A stretch of DNA of 46,439 nucleotides, taken from a virus (Duplodnaviria; Heunggongvirae; Uroviricota; Caudoviricetes). Of the stretch, positions 11,539 through 20,112 are shown one piece after another (the stretch's first letter is position 1; every line of letters starts with the position of its first letter). Location: the IMG/VR virus record IMGVR_UViG_2579779067_000003. The stretch is one strand, 5' to 3'. The position numbers and the translations under genes were made by a program. Below the pieces are notes generated by a model that was not told the origin of the DNA, ran no database searches, and was given only the letters and a program-made list of their open reading frames with translations.

Positions 11539-12186
11539 TCAGCGACCAATCACCACAACCTGACCACCGTCCCCTTCGTCTGCCGTGCTGATCTCCTGAG
11601 AAACCACGCGTGACCCCACGCGCATTTCCCCGTACAGAACAGGCAGAACATTGCCCTGGGCAACCATGTTATCCAGTGAGGAGAAATAGGTGTTCTGTTT
11701 GCCGTTATCTGTACTTGCTGCCGTGGGCGTCCTGGCTTTCGGTGCCAGCATCTGCGCCACTCCGCCCAGGATCATACTGGCCCCTGCCGCATACATGCCC
11801 GATACAGCCGCGGCACCCAGCCAGCCCACAGGGTTCCACCATGCCACCGCAATCAGCGCCGCCCCCAGCACCACCTGAAACACACCGCCACTTTTAGCTC
11901 CCGCCAGACGCGGCACGATGTGGATCACGGCACCATTTTCCAGCGGCTCATTCAGACGGGCTGATAATTCGTTTTCACCTGTATCACGCCCGGCAATCCG
12001 TATCTGATACCAGCCCTCATTCAGTTTCTGACGAAACGCCGGGAGCTGTGTGACCAGTGCCCGGATGGCTTCAGCCCCCGTTTTCACACGAAGGTCGATA
12101 CGGCGACCAAATCGTTGCAAATCCCCGTAAAGGCAGATGCGTGCCATGCCCGGTGACGCCAGAGGGAGTGTGTGCGTCGCTGCCAT
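11539..12186 (-). CDS. I: Tail assembly protein I (ubiquitin-like N-terminal domain)
   Basis: MAATHTLPLASPGMARICLYGDLQRFGRRIDLRV... lambda I-like; start could instead be internal (M14 at 12147 or GTG at 12087 overlapping K stop). Confidence 0.75.
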   Translation of the reverse strand: MAATHTLPLASPGMARICLYGDLQRFGRRIDLRVKTGAEAIRALVTQLPAFRQKLNEGWYQIRIAGRDTGENELSARLNEPLENGAVIHIVPRLAGAKSGGVFQVVLGAALIAVAWWNPVGWLGAAAVSGMYAAGASMILGGVAQMLAPKARTPTAASTDNGKQNTYFSSLDNMVAQGNVLPVLYGEMRVGSRVVSQEISTADEGDGGQVVVIGR

Positions 12187-12827
12187 TTGTCGGTGTACCT
12201 CTCTCGTTTACTCAGTTGTTCAGGAATATGGTGCAGCAGCTCGCCGTCGCCACAGTAAATGGCGGCATGATTCGGCACCGATGAACCAAAACAGCACAGC
12301 AGCACGTCGCCAGGCTGCGCCTCTGTCAGTGGGACACGGTAAAAACCCGTTGCCTCCATATTGTCAAGATAGAGATTCTGGCCGTGACGCCACCAGTCAT
12401 CCCCGCGATGAAAATCCGGCATCTCAATTCCCGCCAGATGGTAAGCGTCCCGGAACAGCGTGTAACAGTCCGTCACCCCGTGCTCAAAGCGCCGCCCGGT
12501 GAGATGCGGCACACAGCGGAATTTATGAATCGCCCCCCGGCAGACCAGCCACCACGGCAAATCACTCTGCACCTGCAGCCGCCGGTCAGCCTCACTCAGC
12601 CAGGGCAGACCACCGGGGTGGCTGTGGACCAGCGCCACAATCTCACCCTGCATTTCTGCCTGCAGCCAGTCTTCCGGCGACATACGGAAATACGCCTCCG
12701 GCTCACCGGAGATATTCACGCAGGGGAAATATCTTTCCCCCTCCGGCGTTCTTACCACGAAGCCGCACGACTCCGCTGGAGCACATCGCCGGGCGTGCGC
12801 CAGAATCGCTGATTCTGTCTCTGTCAT
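12084..12827 (-). CDS. K: Tail assembly protein K (JAB/MPN plus NlpC/P60 domains)
   Basis: MTETESAILAHARRCAPAESCGFVV... with HSHP metal motif and C-terminal Cys/His peptidase region; ATG at 12825-12827 (track start is GTG 3 codons upstream); 3-prime end overlaps the I ORF by about 100 nt. Confidence 0.8.
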   Translation of the reverse strand: MTETESAILAHARRCAPAESCGFVVRTPEGERYFPCVNISGEPEAYFRMSPEDWLQAEMQGEIVALVHSHPGGLPWLSEADRRLQVQSDLPWWLVCRGAIHKFRCVPHLTGRRFEHGVTDCYTLFRDAYHLAGIEMPDFHRGDDWWRHGQNLYLDNMEATGFYRVPLTEAQPGDVLLCCFGSSVPNHAAIYCGDGELLHHIPEQLSKRERYTDKWQRRTHSLWRHRAWHASAFTGICNDLVAVSTFV

Positions 12828-12832
12828 GGGAT

Positions 12833-13531
12833 TCACTGCGAAAGTTTGTTAATGGAAAGGAAGCCGCCAAAGTTGCCGACGTTATTGCGAAACTTACAGC
12901 CGCTCAGGCATTTGCTGCATTTATCCTTCGTGATATCGGACGTCGGCTGATCATATTCATCCGCGACCGCCGGACCGTGATAACCGCACTCATCACCGCG
13001 ATAGGTCCAGGTGCAGGTGTTGGCCAGCATGATACGTCCCGGAAAAACAGCACCATCCGTTTCCGTCGGTGTGGACAACACAAAGGAGGCACTGACCGCA
13101 CTCAGTTCGCTGCACTGCTCGATGCGCCAGCGGCTGATCACCTCCTGCTCCGGATCGGCGTCGCTGTTTCCGTTGACGAAGTTCACCGCATCCAGAAAAC
13201 GGGCGTAAACCTTACGCCTGACCACCGTTCCGCCGACCAGACTCTGCAGGTCTTCCGCCATCCCCGTGACCATGCCGTGCAGGTTAGAAACCGTCAGTGT
13301 CGGACGGGCAGCACTGCCCTTGCCGTTCAGTTCAAATCCCGTCCCCTGAATGGGATACGCCTGATACTGTCGCCCCTGCCAGGTGACCGGCTCACCTTTT
13401 TCGTTCTGCTCATTACAGAAAAAATAACGTTCTCCACCGACCACTGTCAGATCGATTTCCCAGAGCACCACCTGGGCTGACTGAGTGAGGCGTGTCGTCT
13501 CATGATGTGTTTCCTGTGGAATATCCTGCAT
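12833..13531 (-). CDS. L: Minor tail protein L
   Basis: 232 aa, lambda L-like with C-terminal Cys cluster (CSKCLSGCKF). Confidence 0.85.
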   Translation of the reverse strand: MQDIPQETHHETTRLTQSAQVVLWEIDLTVVGGERYFFCNEQNEKGEPVTWQGRQYQAYPIQGTGFELNGKGSAARPTLTVSNLHGMVTGMAEDLQSLVGGTVVRRKVYARFLDAVNFVNGNSDADPEQEVISRWRIEQCSELSAVSASFVLSTPTETDGAVFPGRIMLANTCTWTYRGDECGYHGPAVADEYDQPTSDITKDKCSKCLSGCKFRNNVGNFGGFLSINKLSQ

Positions 13532-13540
13532 CAGAGACTC

Positions 13541-13870
13541 CTATGCCACGACCTGTTCAAAATCTGCCGTTATGGTTACCCACAACGCCCCCACGCTTGC
13601 CGACCATTTACGACAAACCACCCTGATCGGCTTCCAGTCATAAGGTGGCGTCCACTGAAATGCGCGGACGCCACCGTGCCGTTCCAGAAAGGCTTTTAAA
13701 GATGGGTGTTCACATTTACGAACACGTATCGTCACGCTGTAAGTCGACAACTGGTTATTCAGTCCCGCCGCACGACGCTGTTCATAGCCATCGCCCAGCT
13801 TCACTGTCACCACTTTCGGCTCTGATACCACATTCATATCCGGGCGCACTTTCCAGTGAAACGTCTCCAT
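13541..13870 (-). CDS. M: Minor tail protein M
   Basis: 109 aa lambda M-like; ATG overlaps H stop (TAATG). Confidence 0.85.
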   Translation of the reverse strand: METFHWKVRPDMNVVSEPKVVTVKLGDGYEQRRAAGLNNQLSTYSVTIRVRKCEHPSLKAFLERHGGVRAFQWTPPYDWKPIRVVCRKWSASVGALWVTITADFEQVVA

Positions 13871-16800
13871 TACCGATATGCTCCACTTAACCGACCACCA
13901 TCACGGGCCTGCTGTTGCATAAAGTCCGCTGCCGCTTTTTTCCCAAGGTCATAAACCACCTTCAGGGCAGCCGGACCTATCTGCCCGTTCGTGCCATCGT
14001 TATTGATCTCGATGTTGTACTGCGGGGCAAACATCGCCATACCTGAACCACCAATATCCGCCACAACCCCCAGCTTACCGTCAGCACCACGACGCAGTGG
14101 CAGAATGGCTTCAGGTCCAGCTTCCCCCATCACACCCGCGCCTTTTGCAAAAGCAAAAAACGTCGGACGGTTAACCACCGTGCCACTGTAACGACTCAAA
14201 TCAGCAGACTGATAAATCCCCCCATTGGCATTCAGGGAAAGGCTGCTGAGATCAAATCCCAGTACACTGCCAATCCCTTTTATCGATTTCATCATGGTTG
14301 CCTGCGCCAGGATTTTCGCCATATCTGACAGCACAGAAGAGGTGAAGGATTTGAAATTGAGTTTGCCGGTAGTGACAAAAGTTGCCAGGCCATTTCCCAT
14401 GTTGCTGAAGGCTGACGAGAACACCTGTTCTGCTGTTTCTGCCGTATTATCTGCATCCACGGTAAAATCCTGAAATGCACGCAGGACTCCGTTTTTCCAG
14501 TTACCCTGCACAACTTCAAGCTGTTGCCAGTAACGGCGATTCTCATTCAGTTGTCGGTTCAGGCTCTCCGTCAGCGCCTGCTCGGCCTTTCTGTAGTCAT
14601 CCGTGTTATATGTCCCTTTCTGCTCACTATCCCGCCTCAACTGCTCCAGCTGTTGCTGGTATTTCTGGCGAAGACTCAGTTGTACCTGATATCGCTGTCG
14701 CTGCTGATCACCCATACCCACCGTGGCGATATCCAGGTCATGTTGCTGACGCTGAGCGCGCTCTTCTTCAGCCAGTTGACTGGTCAGCTGAATTGTTTTT
14801 TTCTTCAGCTCGTTGAGTGCCGTCTGTTTCTGAAGCTCCTGCTGTTTTACATCCAGCAGCGTCAGTGCCTGAATCAGTTCATCTTTACGGGCCAGCACAC
14901 TCTTTTCATCTGCCGTCAGTTTTTTCCCGTCCAGGTCGCTGATGCGCTGCTGCAGAGCCAGAAGCTGTTTATGCGCTTCTGTCATCCTTTCCGTGGCAAT
15001 GCCTGCTGACTGTCTGGCAGCAGCAATCTGTCCTTCCACCTGTGCCTGTTGCTGACTGTACTGCAGCAATAACCGGGTGGCCTCATCATTACGGGTTTCG
15101 CGTGTTTTTTTCTTACCGGATGCCACGGCTTTCTCGTAACGTTCATTTTCACGTTGTATCGCCGCATCCCTGACAGCCTGATCGGCGTACTGCATGGCAT
15201 TAATACGCGCAATTTCACGCTGATGTCGTGCTGCTTCCGTTTCATTCATCCGGTTCAGTGCAGCATTTTCAGCATTACGGCGTTTCTGTTGCTCCTGATA
15301 ATTCCGCTCTGCCTGCTCTTTTGCATCCTGCAAATCCTTCTGGCGTTTTTTCTCCTGAAGATCGTTAAGACGCTGCTGATCGTATTCAACCTGAGAAGAT
15401 GATGCCGTCCAGGGGAGTCTTTTCGCCCGCGACACTTTCTCCTGTAAAGCGGCAATCTGTTCATCCAGCGAGTCTTCACGACCAATATTCATGGCCGCAT
15501 CCCAGAAACGACTCCACAAATCAGACAGATACTTCAGCGTACTGCCAAGCGCATTGAGGTTATTATCAATATCCGCAGTACGCCGACCGGTTTCCTCTGC
15601 CAGTGCAGACATGGCTATCCGTGCAGCATCACTGGACCGCCCCTGCTCCCCAAGGACGCGTATCTGCTCAAGCTGAGTGGCAGTAAGAAAATGCAGCTCA
15701 TTGTCCAGAGCCTTCGCGGCATTTACAGGATCATCCTTCAGCCGCTTAAACTGATTTATGGTATCGCTGACCGACTGGCCAACCGATCGCTCCATCTGTG
15801 CGGCAGCTCTCGCCACCATACCGATATCGTTTCCACGAAATGCACCACTCCCCACCACCTGAGCCAGCGCACCGGCTGCAGCATGTTGCGTGATACCATT
15901 CCCGGAAATAGCACGACTGAGCGTCCACAGCTGCCCGGCAGTGACTCCGGCATAATGCCCCGTCAGCGACAACTGGCGGTTAAATTCTTCCCCCTCCTTC
16001 TGACCGTCATACCAGGCTTTACCCAGACCATAGACGGCCGCGGCAATACCGCCAATAACCCCGCCAAGCATCATGCCTTTCGGTGACATCAGTGTGTCTA
16101 TCCATCCGGCACGGTTAGCCAGCGTTATCCCGGATCCCCTCAGCGCCCCTAAATTGCCGCGGGCCAGTTCACCTATCAGAACGCCTATCTCCTGGCGGGC
16201 TGCTGCACTTTTCAGACCCAGCGAATGCGTGGCTTTTCCTGCCTGCTCCATTTTGCGGATATACACTTCTGCAGCACTGCTTACCCCCAGCTGGGCTGCC
16301 TTAGCACGAAGCAACTCAGAAGATGAAAGATTCAGGCGGGTTGCCTGCTCTTTAAGCTGACGGATAAACGCCACTTTCTGTCGGGTAGCCTCTTCCTCAG
16401 CCTGTGTAAGAACACGGGTTTTCGCAGTAACCTCAGAAATCAGCGCCAGATAATCCTGCTGACCAATCCCGCCACTGTTTCTGGCCTGTCGGATCTGCTG
16501 CTGAATACGCTGTAATTCCTGCAGCCCCGCACTGGCCTGTTTCACACTGTCAATCTGACGATAAAACGCAGCAGCCGCTTTATCCTGAGCCTCCGCCAGA
16601 GCCATGGCCTGCGCCTGTTCCTCGCGCATTTTCTGGCTCAGTGCCTCCATGCGCTGGCGGGTTTTCTCCACCTCGCGGGCCATGCGTTCATGAGCCTGTG
16701 CGTTCTTCTCCACCGTCTGCGCATGGACGGATGCGGCTGTTGCAGCCGAAGAAGCCGCCTGCGTTGTCTGCCGGGCGGCCTGAGTCTGACGCTCCATAAA

Positions 16801-16935
16801 ACGCTGCATACGGGCAGAAGACCGTTCTGCATCGCTGGCTGCACCATTCAGAAGGTTTTTGATACGGGGAATTTCATTTTTAAACTCTGCCGCATCAATC
16901 CCCAAATCAATGACCAGGTTGGCTATCTGGTCCAT
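13870..16935 (-). CDS. H: Tail tape measure protein H
   Basis: About 1020 aa, coiled-coil-rich, C-terminus INNDGTNGQIGPAALKVVYD...DGGRLSGAYR lambda H-like; ATG at 16933-16935 with GGAGG 8 nt upstream; track start 16965 is a TTG extension. Confidence 0.85.
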   Translation of the reverse strand: MDQIANLVIDLGIDAAEFKNEIPRIKNLLNGAASDAERSSARMQRFMERQTQAARQTTQAASSAATAASVHAQTVEKNAQAHERMAREVEKTRQRMEALSQKMREEQAQAMALAEAQDKAAAAFYRQIDSVKQASAGLQELQRIQQQIRQARNSGGIGQQDYLALISEVTAKTRVLTQAEEEATRQKVAFIRQLKEQATRLNLSSSELLRAKAAQLGVSSAAEVYIRKMEQAGKATHSLGLKSAAARQEIGVLIGELARGNLGALRGSGITLANRAGWIDTLMSPKGMMLGGVIGGIAAAVYGLGKAWYDGQKEGEEFNRQLSLTGHYAGVTAGQLWTLSRAISGNGITQHAAAGALAQVVGSGAFRGNDIGMVARAAAQMERSVGQSVSDTINQFKRLKDDPVNAAKALDNELHFLTATQLEQIRVLGEQGRSSDAARIAMSALAEETGRRTADIDNNLNALGSTLKYLSDLWSRFWDAAMNIGREDSLDEQIAALQEKVSRAKRLPWTASSSQVEYDQQRLNDLQEKKRQKDLQDAKEQAERNYQEQQKRRNAENAALNRMNETEAARHQREIARINAMQYADQAVRDAAIQRENERYEKAVASGKKKTRETRNDEATRLLLQYSQQQAQVEGQIAAARQSAGIATERMTEAHKQLLALQQRISDLDGKKLTADEKSVLARKDELIQALTLLDVKQQELQKQTALNELKKKTIQLTSQLAEEERAQRQQHDLDIATVGMGDQQRQRYQVQLSLRQKYQQQLEQLRRDSEQKGTYNTDDYRKAEQALTESLNRQLNENRRYWQQLEVVQGNWKNGVLRAFQDFTVDADNTAETAEQVFSSAFSNMGNGLATFVTTGKLNFKSFTSSVLSDMAKILAQATMMKSIKGIGSVLGFDLSSLSLNANGGIYQSADLSRYSGTVVNRPTFFAFAKGAGVMGEAGPEAILPLRRGADGKLGVVADIGGSGMAMFAPQYNIEINNDGTNGQIGPAALKVVYDLGKKAAADFMQQQARDGGRLSGAYR

Positions 16936-17256
16936 AACGCACACCTCCGGAAATACCTTCCCCAAGATGCATCAGTTCTTCGTCCGTTCGCTCCGGTATC
17001 CCGTTCTCTTCCGGTAAAAGGCTGAAATCAGCCACCGCAGCATCACTGCTGCCGGACACCATTCTCACGATCAATGCCTTCAGCGAGGCAAACTGCGCAT
17101 CCATCCACACATCACTGAAGCTCTGCATCCGGAAATAATCGCCCCACTCACCAAGCTCAGTGGCCGACATTTCCGACAGCATCCGCCGCCAGTCTGCCCG
17201 CCGGAACTCCCGGGCAAGCCGCATGACAAACTGCATTTCCCGCGTCAGGACTTTTC
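16907..17256 (-). CDS. T: T-frame portion of tail assembly chaperone G-T (expressed by -1 frameshift from G)
   Basis: ORF in the -1 frame relative to G is open from upstream of the G stop through 16907; lambda G/G-T paradigm; frameshift site inferred near 17250-17258. Confidence 0.6.
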
Positions 17257-17634
17257 CGGCGTCAGCACCTCATGCTCCAAATCCCCGGCATTCTCAATGG
17301 CCCCCATACCGCTCAGCGACAGAACCATCTCCGCCCCCGCACCCAGGGCATCATACGACCATGTTGTAATAACGGATGCGCAAAGCGTCTCTACATCCTT
17401 AGACTGATCCGCATTCCACAGTGAGCGGGAAACCAGCCAGGCATTGATATCCATCCCCATCCGCAGAAAAGCAATCTGTCGTTCAGCCTCCGGCAGTTCT
17501 CCCTCTTCGGCATCAAACTTTGCCGTTCGCTGCTGAACAAACGCCAGATATTCAATTCTCTGCAGCCCGGACAGCTCACTGAGCACCACGGACTGCTTTT
17601 CATAATTAAACGAGCCCTGTTTCAGAAACATCAT
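17245..17634 (-). CDS. G: Tail assembly chaperone G
   Basis: MMFLKQGSFNYEKQSVVLSELSGLQRIEYLAF... lambda G-like; tandem ATG at 17629-17634 with GGTGGAG upstream; track start is TTG extension. Confidence 0.8.
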   Translation of the reverse strand: MMFLKQGSFNYEKQSVVLSELSGLQRIEYLAFVQQRTAKFDAEEGELPEAERQIAFLRMGMDINAWLVSRSLWNADQSKDVETLCASVITTWSYDALGAGAEMVLSLSGMGAIENAGDLEHEVLTPEKS

Positions 17635-17647
17635 GTTCTCCACCTGC

Positions 17648-17671
17648 AAAAAAGCCCCGGATAACCGGGGC
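17648..17671 (-). terminator. Hairpin plus U-run between major tail gene V and G (possible attenuator)
   Basis: Plus-strand GCCCCGG-ATAA-CCGGGGC at 17654-17671 preceded by A6 (17648-17653). Confidence 0.45.
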
Positions 17672-17691
17672 AAATGATGAGTATCGTCCTG

Positions 17692-18435
17692 TTAACCTGC
17701 GGCGCTGACAGCCACCGCAGCCACGGCCACAAAATCGCCGTCAGAAGTCATGCCCACAATGCTGACACTGCCCTGCTTCACGCCTTTCACCGTGGCCACA
17801 AGCCCGTTCAGGGTCACCGTGGCAGTCTGTGGATCTGTCGAATGCACACTGATCGCTTTGTCACTGGCTCCGTCAGGTTTTACTGTAAAGGTCAGCGTGG
17901 TGGTTGCTCCCACTTTTACACTGGCAGATGCCGGTGCCACCGTCAGCCCGGTAACGCTCACTGTTTCAGTGCCTTCCTCTGCCAGATACGGACGCCCCAC
18001 ACCGCTGATTTTCACTGTGCGGGTCATCACGTCTTTTGAGGCAATGGTTTTACCCAGTGAGCTCAGCCAGCCACGGAAAACATCAACAGTGCCGTTGGGA
18101 TATTTGATACGAAACGCGCAGACTTCACCGGAGTCGAACAACTGAACCAGTTTTTTCTGCCCGCTGTCACCCGGACGCCAGGCCAGCGTCGCCGAAGTAT
18201 CACCGACGGATTTCTGCCCCTGGGTTGTCGTTTTCCAGTCTGCATCTTCATCATCGAGATAAGTGTCATCTTCTGCATCAGCGGTCATTTCGCCAGGTTG
18301 CAGATCCTTCACCATCGCAAGACGCAGCCAGTCAGTGTCCGATAAAGGGTTCGCAAACGCATCGCCCTTGCCGGTGTACATCCAGAACGTCGTTCCCGCA
18401 CCTTTCGTTTTTGCCAGTGGATTTGGTGTGGTCAT
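17692..18435 (-). CDS. V: Major tail protein V with C-terminal Ig-like domain
   Basis: MTTPNPLAKTKGAGTTFWMYTGKGDAFANPLSDTDW... lambda V-like; ATG at 18433-18435 with AAGGAGGT 5 nt upstream. Confidence 0.9.
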   Translation of the reverse strand: MTTPNPLAKTKGAGTTFWMYTGKGDAFANPLSDTDWLRLAMVKDLQPGEMTADAEDDTYLDDEDADWKTTTQGQKSVGDTSATLAWRPGDSGQKKLVQLFDSGEVCAFRIKYPNGTVDVFRGWLSSLGKTIASKDVMTRTVKISGVGRPYLAEEGTETVSVTGLTVAPASASVKVGATTTLTFTVKPDGASDKAISVHSTDPQTATVTLNGLVATVKGVKQGSVSIVGMTSDGDFVAVAAVAVSAAG

Positions 18436-18446
18436 TGCCACCTCCT

Positions 18447-18848
18447 TTAATTCGTGTACGTGATCTGGTACGTGATTTCCGCCATCGCCCAGGTGGCCAT
18501 CTCATTATCACGTTGATAGTTAAAACCGAGAGGGATCAGGGTGTCGATGAGTCCGGAAAGTGCCGGTATATCATTCAGAGCCGGGAAAATGGTGCTCTCC
18601 ATCCACATATCCAGCTCTGAATCCGGTGCCTGTGCCCGGATGAAGACAGCAATATGCAGAACAGCCTGCCAGTCATCTTCATCCGTCATTTTTCCGGTGT
18701 ACTGAGCATCACTCAGCCACACCGCCACGGCAGGCAGTTCCTGCGCATCAATAAATGCCGGAAGCCCGTCAAAAAACGTGGCGCTGTCTCCACACTGTTC
18801 CCGAAGGCGTGCCAGTACGGCCTGGCGGATTTGTGTATGTCGGTTCAT
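18447..18848 (-). CDS. U: Tail terminator protein U
   Basis: lambda U-like (ATFFDG...PAVAVWL...); ATG at 18846-18848 overlaps Z stop as ATGA. Confidence 0.8.
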   Translation of the reverse strand: MNRHTQIRQAVLARLREQCGDSATFFDGLPAFIDAQELPAVAVWLSDAQYTGKMTDEDDWQAVLHIAVFIRAQAPDSELDMWMESTIFPALNDIPALSGLIDTLIPLGFNYQRDNEMATWAMAEITYQITYTN

Positions 18849-19423
18849 CGGGTCAGCCATAACCTCAGTTGTTGTTTCAGTGCATACCCCAGCTGTTTCG
18901 GCATTTCCGCAGCAATAATACGGTCGCGGGCATCTTCAAATGCCTGTGTCAGCGGTCCGGACAGCGGGACTTTCACCACATCAATGGGGTAACGATTTTT
19001 GCCATCAATACGCCGCATCACATGCCAGCGACCATTCGCCAGTTGCTGAATAAACGCATCCCGGAAAAGATATTTACCCACCTTCAGCACACTGCCACGG
19101 TACTGCAGTTTTCCACCACGCCGGGCCAGTCTGACCCGGGCTGTCCCCAGCTTAATAGCGGGCAGATTGCCCCGGTTAACGCGGATCCTGGCCGTCATTT
19201 TTCCTGACGGACTGGCTTTAAACATCCGGACACGCTGACGTACCAGTTTCAGGGGGATCCCTTTCACCTGGTTATCTCCCGCAACGGTATTCCCGGCAAC
19301 CTGCCGGGTGGCGACCGAGACCGCTTTCTGTGCCACACGGTTTATCGCCCATGCGCTGGCCTGTGGCACCATACGGGTATCAAGGCTGTTCAGATTACGG
19401 ATGGCATTCTCAAGCCCCTTCAT
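18845..19423 (-). CDS. Z: Tail completion protein Z
   Basis: 192 aa lambda Z-like; AAGAGGTG upstream of ATG. Confidence 0.8.
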   Translation of the reverse strand: MKGLENAIRNLNSLDTRMVPQASAWAINRVAQKAVSVATRQVAGNTVAGDNQVKGIPLKLVRQRVRMFKASPSGKMTARIRVNRGNLPAIKLGTARVRLARRGGKLQYRGSVLKVGKYLFRDAFIQQLANGRWHVMRRIDGKNRYPIDVVKVPLSGPLTQAFEDARDRIIAAEMPKQLGYALKQQLRLWLTR

Positions 19424-19434
19424 CCCACACCTCT

Positions 19435-19710
19435 TTACTCAATAAAGATCATTGGCTTACCGTTAAAACGTTCATGCCGTGTGACCGTCCATTGTTGTCC
19501 GTCATAAACAACGCGATCCCCGCGCCGTGGGCGGTATCCCGAAGAAAACACCACCAGAGAGACCGCAGGTCCGGACAGAGCATTCAGCTCTGCCAGTGTT
19601 TCTCCCGGGATCACAGTCATATCGGCATCATTAATCGAGGCTGTCTTTCCCATCTTTCTGACCGTGATCGCATCCATACGCGCTGCCAGCCGGGAAAAGG
19701 GATCAGACAT
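19435..19710 (-). CDS. Putative head-tail joining / tail attachment protein (FII-position)
   Basis: 91-aa ORF at the FII position between head genes and Z; family assignment by position only. Confidence 0.45.
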   Translation of the reverse strand: MSDPFSRLAARMDAITVRKMGKTASINDADMTVIPGETLAELNALSGPAVSLVVFSSGYRPRRGDRVVYDGQQWTVTRHERFNGKPMIFIE

Positions 19711-20026
19711 TGAGTTTTACCGGCACTTCTTCTGCACTGGTTCCGGCATCTGCCCAGACAACCCCGACCAGCGGATCAGAGCCGCTGTTAGTCAGCTGAA
19801 CTTTTCCGGACTTCAGATAAACCTTCTTACCCGTTTTCATGTCATCCGTTTTCAGCTTAGACAGCATAAACACACCTTCGGTCATGCCGTCGCCTGTTTC
19901 ACCCTGTGGAATATCGGTCAGCGCCACCGCAAAAACATCACCCACCTGCACCAGATCTCCGCTGCTGATGGCTGCACTGGCAACAATCGCCACCGTTTTT
20001 CCTTCTTCTACAAAATTCTTTGCCAT
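19703..20026 (-). CDS. Small head-associated protein (possible decoration/head completion protein)
   Basis: 107-aa Gly/Val-rich ORF immediately downstream of capsid gene; ATG at 20024-20026 with GGAG 6 nt upstream; function not established from sequence. Confidence 0.35.
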   Translation of the reverse strand: MAKNFVEEGKTVAIVASAAISSGDLVQVGDVFAVALTDIPQGETGDGMTEGVFMLSKLKTDDMKTGKKVYLKSGKVQLTNSGSDPLVGVVWADAGTSAEEVPVKLNV

Positions 20027-20069
20027 AACTGTCTCCGCACAGCCCCGTTCAGGGGCTGATTTCAGGTAC

Positions 20070-20088
20070 AAAAAAAGCCCTTACGGGC
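20070..20088 (-). terminator. Intrinsic terminator after the capsid gene
   Basis: Plus-strand A7 (20070-20076) then GCCC-TTAC-GGGC (20077-20088); on minus transcript hairpin followed by U7. Confidence 0.5.
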
Positions 20089-20112
20089 CATCAGAGTTGT
20101 TGTCTGCGACGT

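Noticed and set aside
16936-16965. Upstream TTG/GTG-initiated extensions given by the ORF track for several genes (H, Q, G, V, K, stf, holin, hokD, gnsB, O-like, dicC-like and others)
   Set aside because: In each case an in-frame ATG with a Shine-Dalgarno-like sequence or an ATGA/TAATG overlap with the upstream stop lies downstream and matches known protein N-termini; the extensions often overlap the preceding gene
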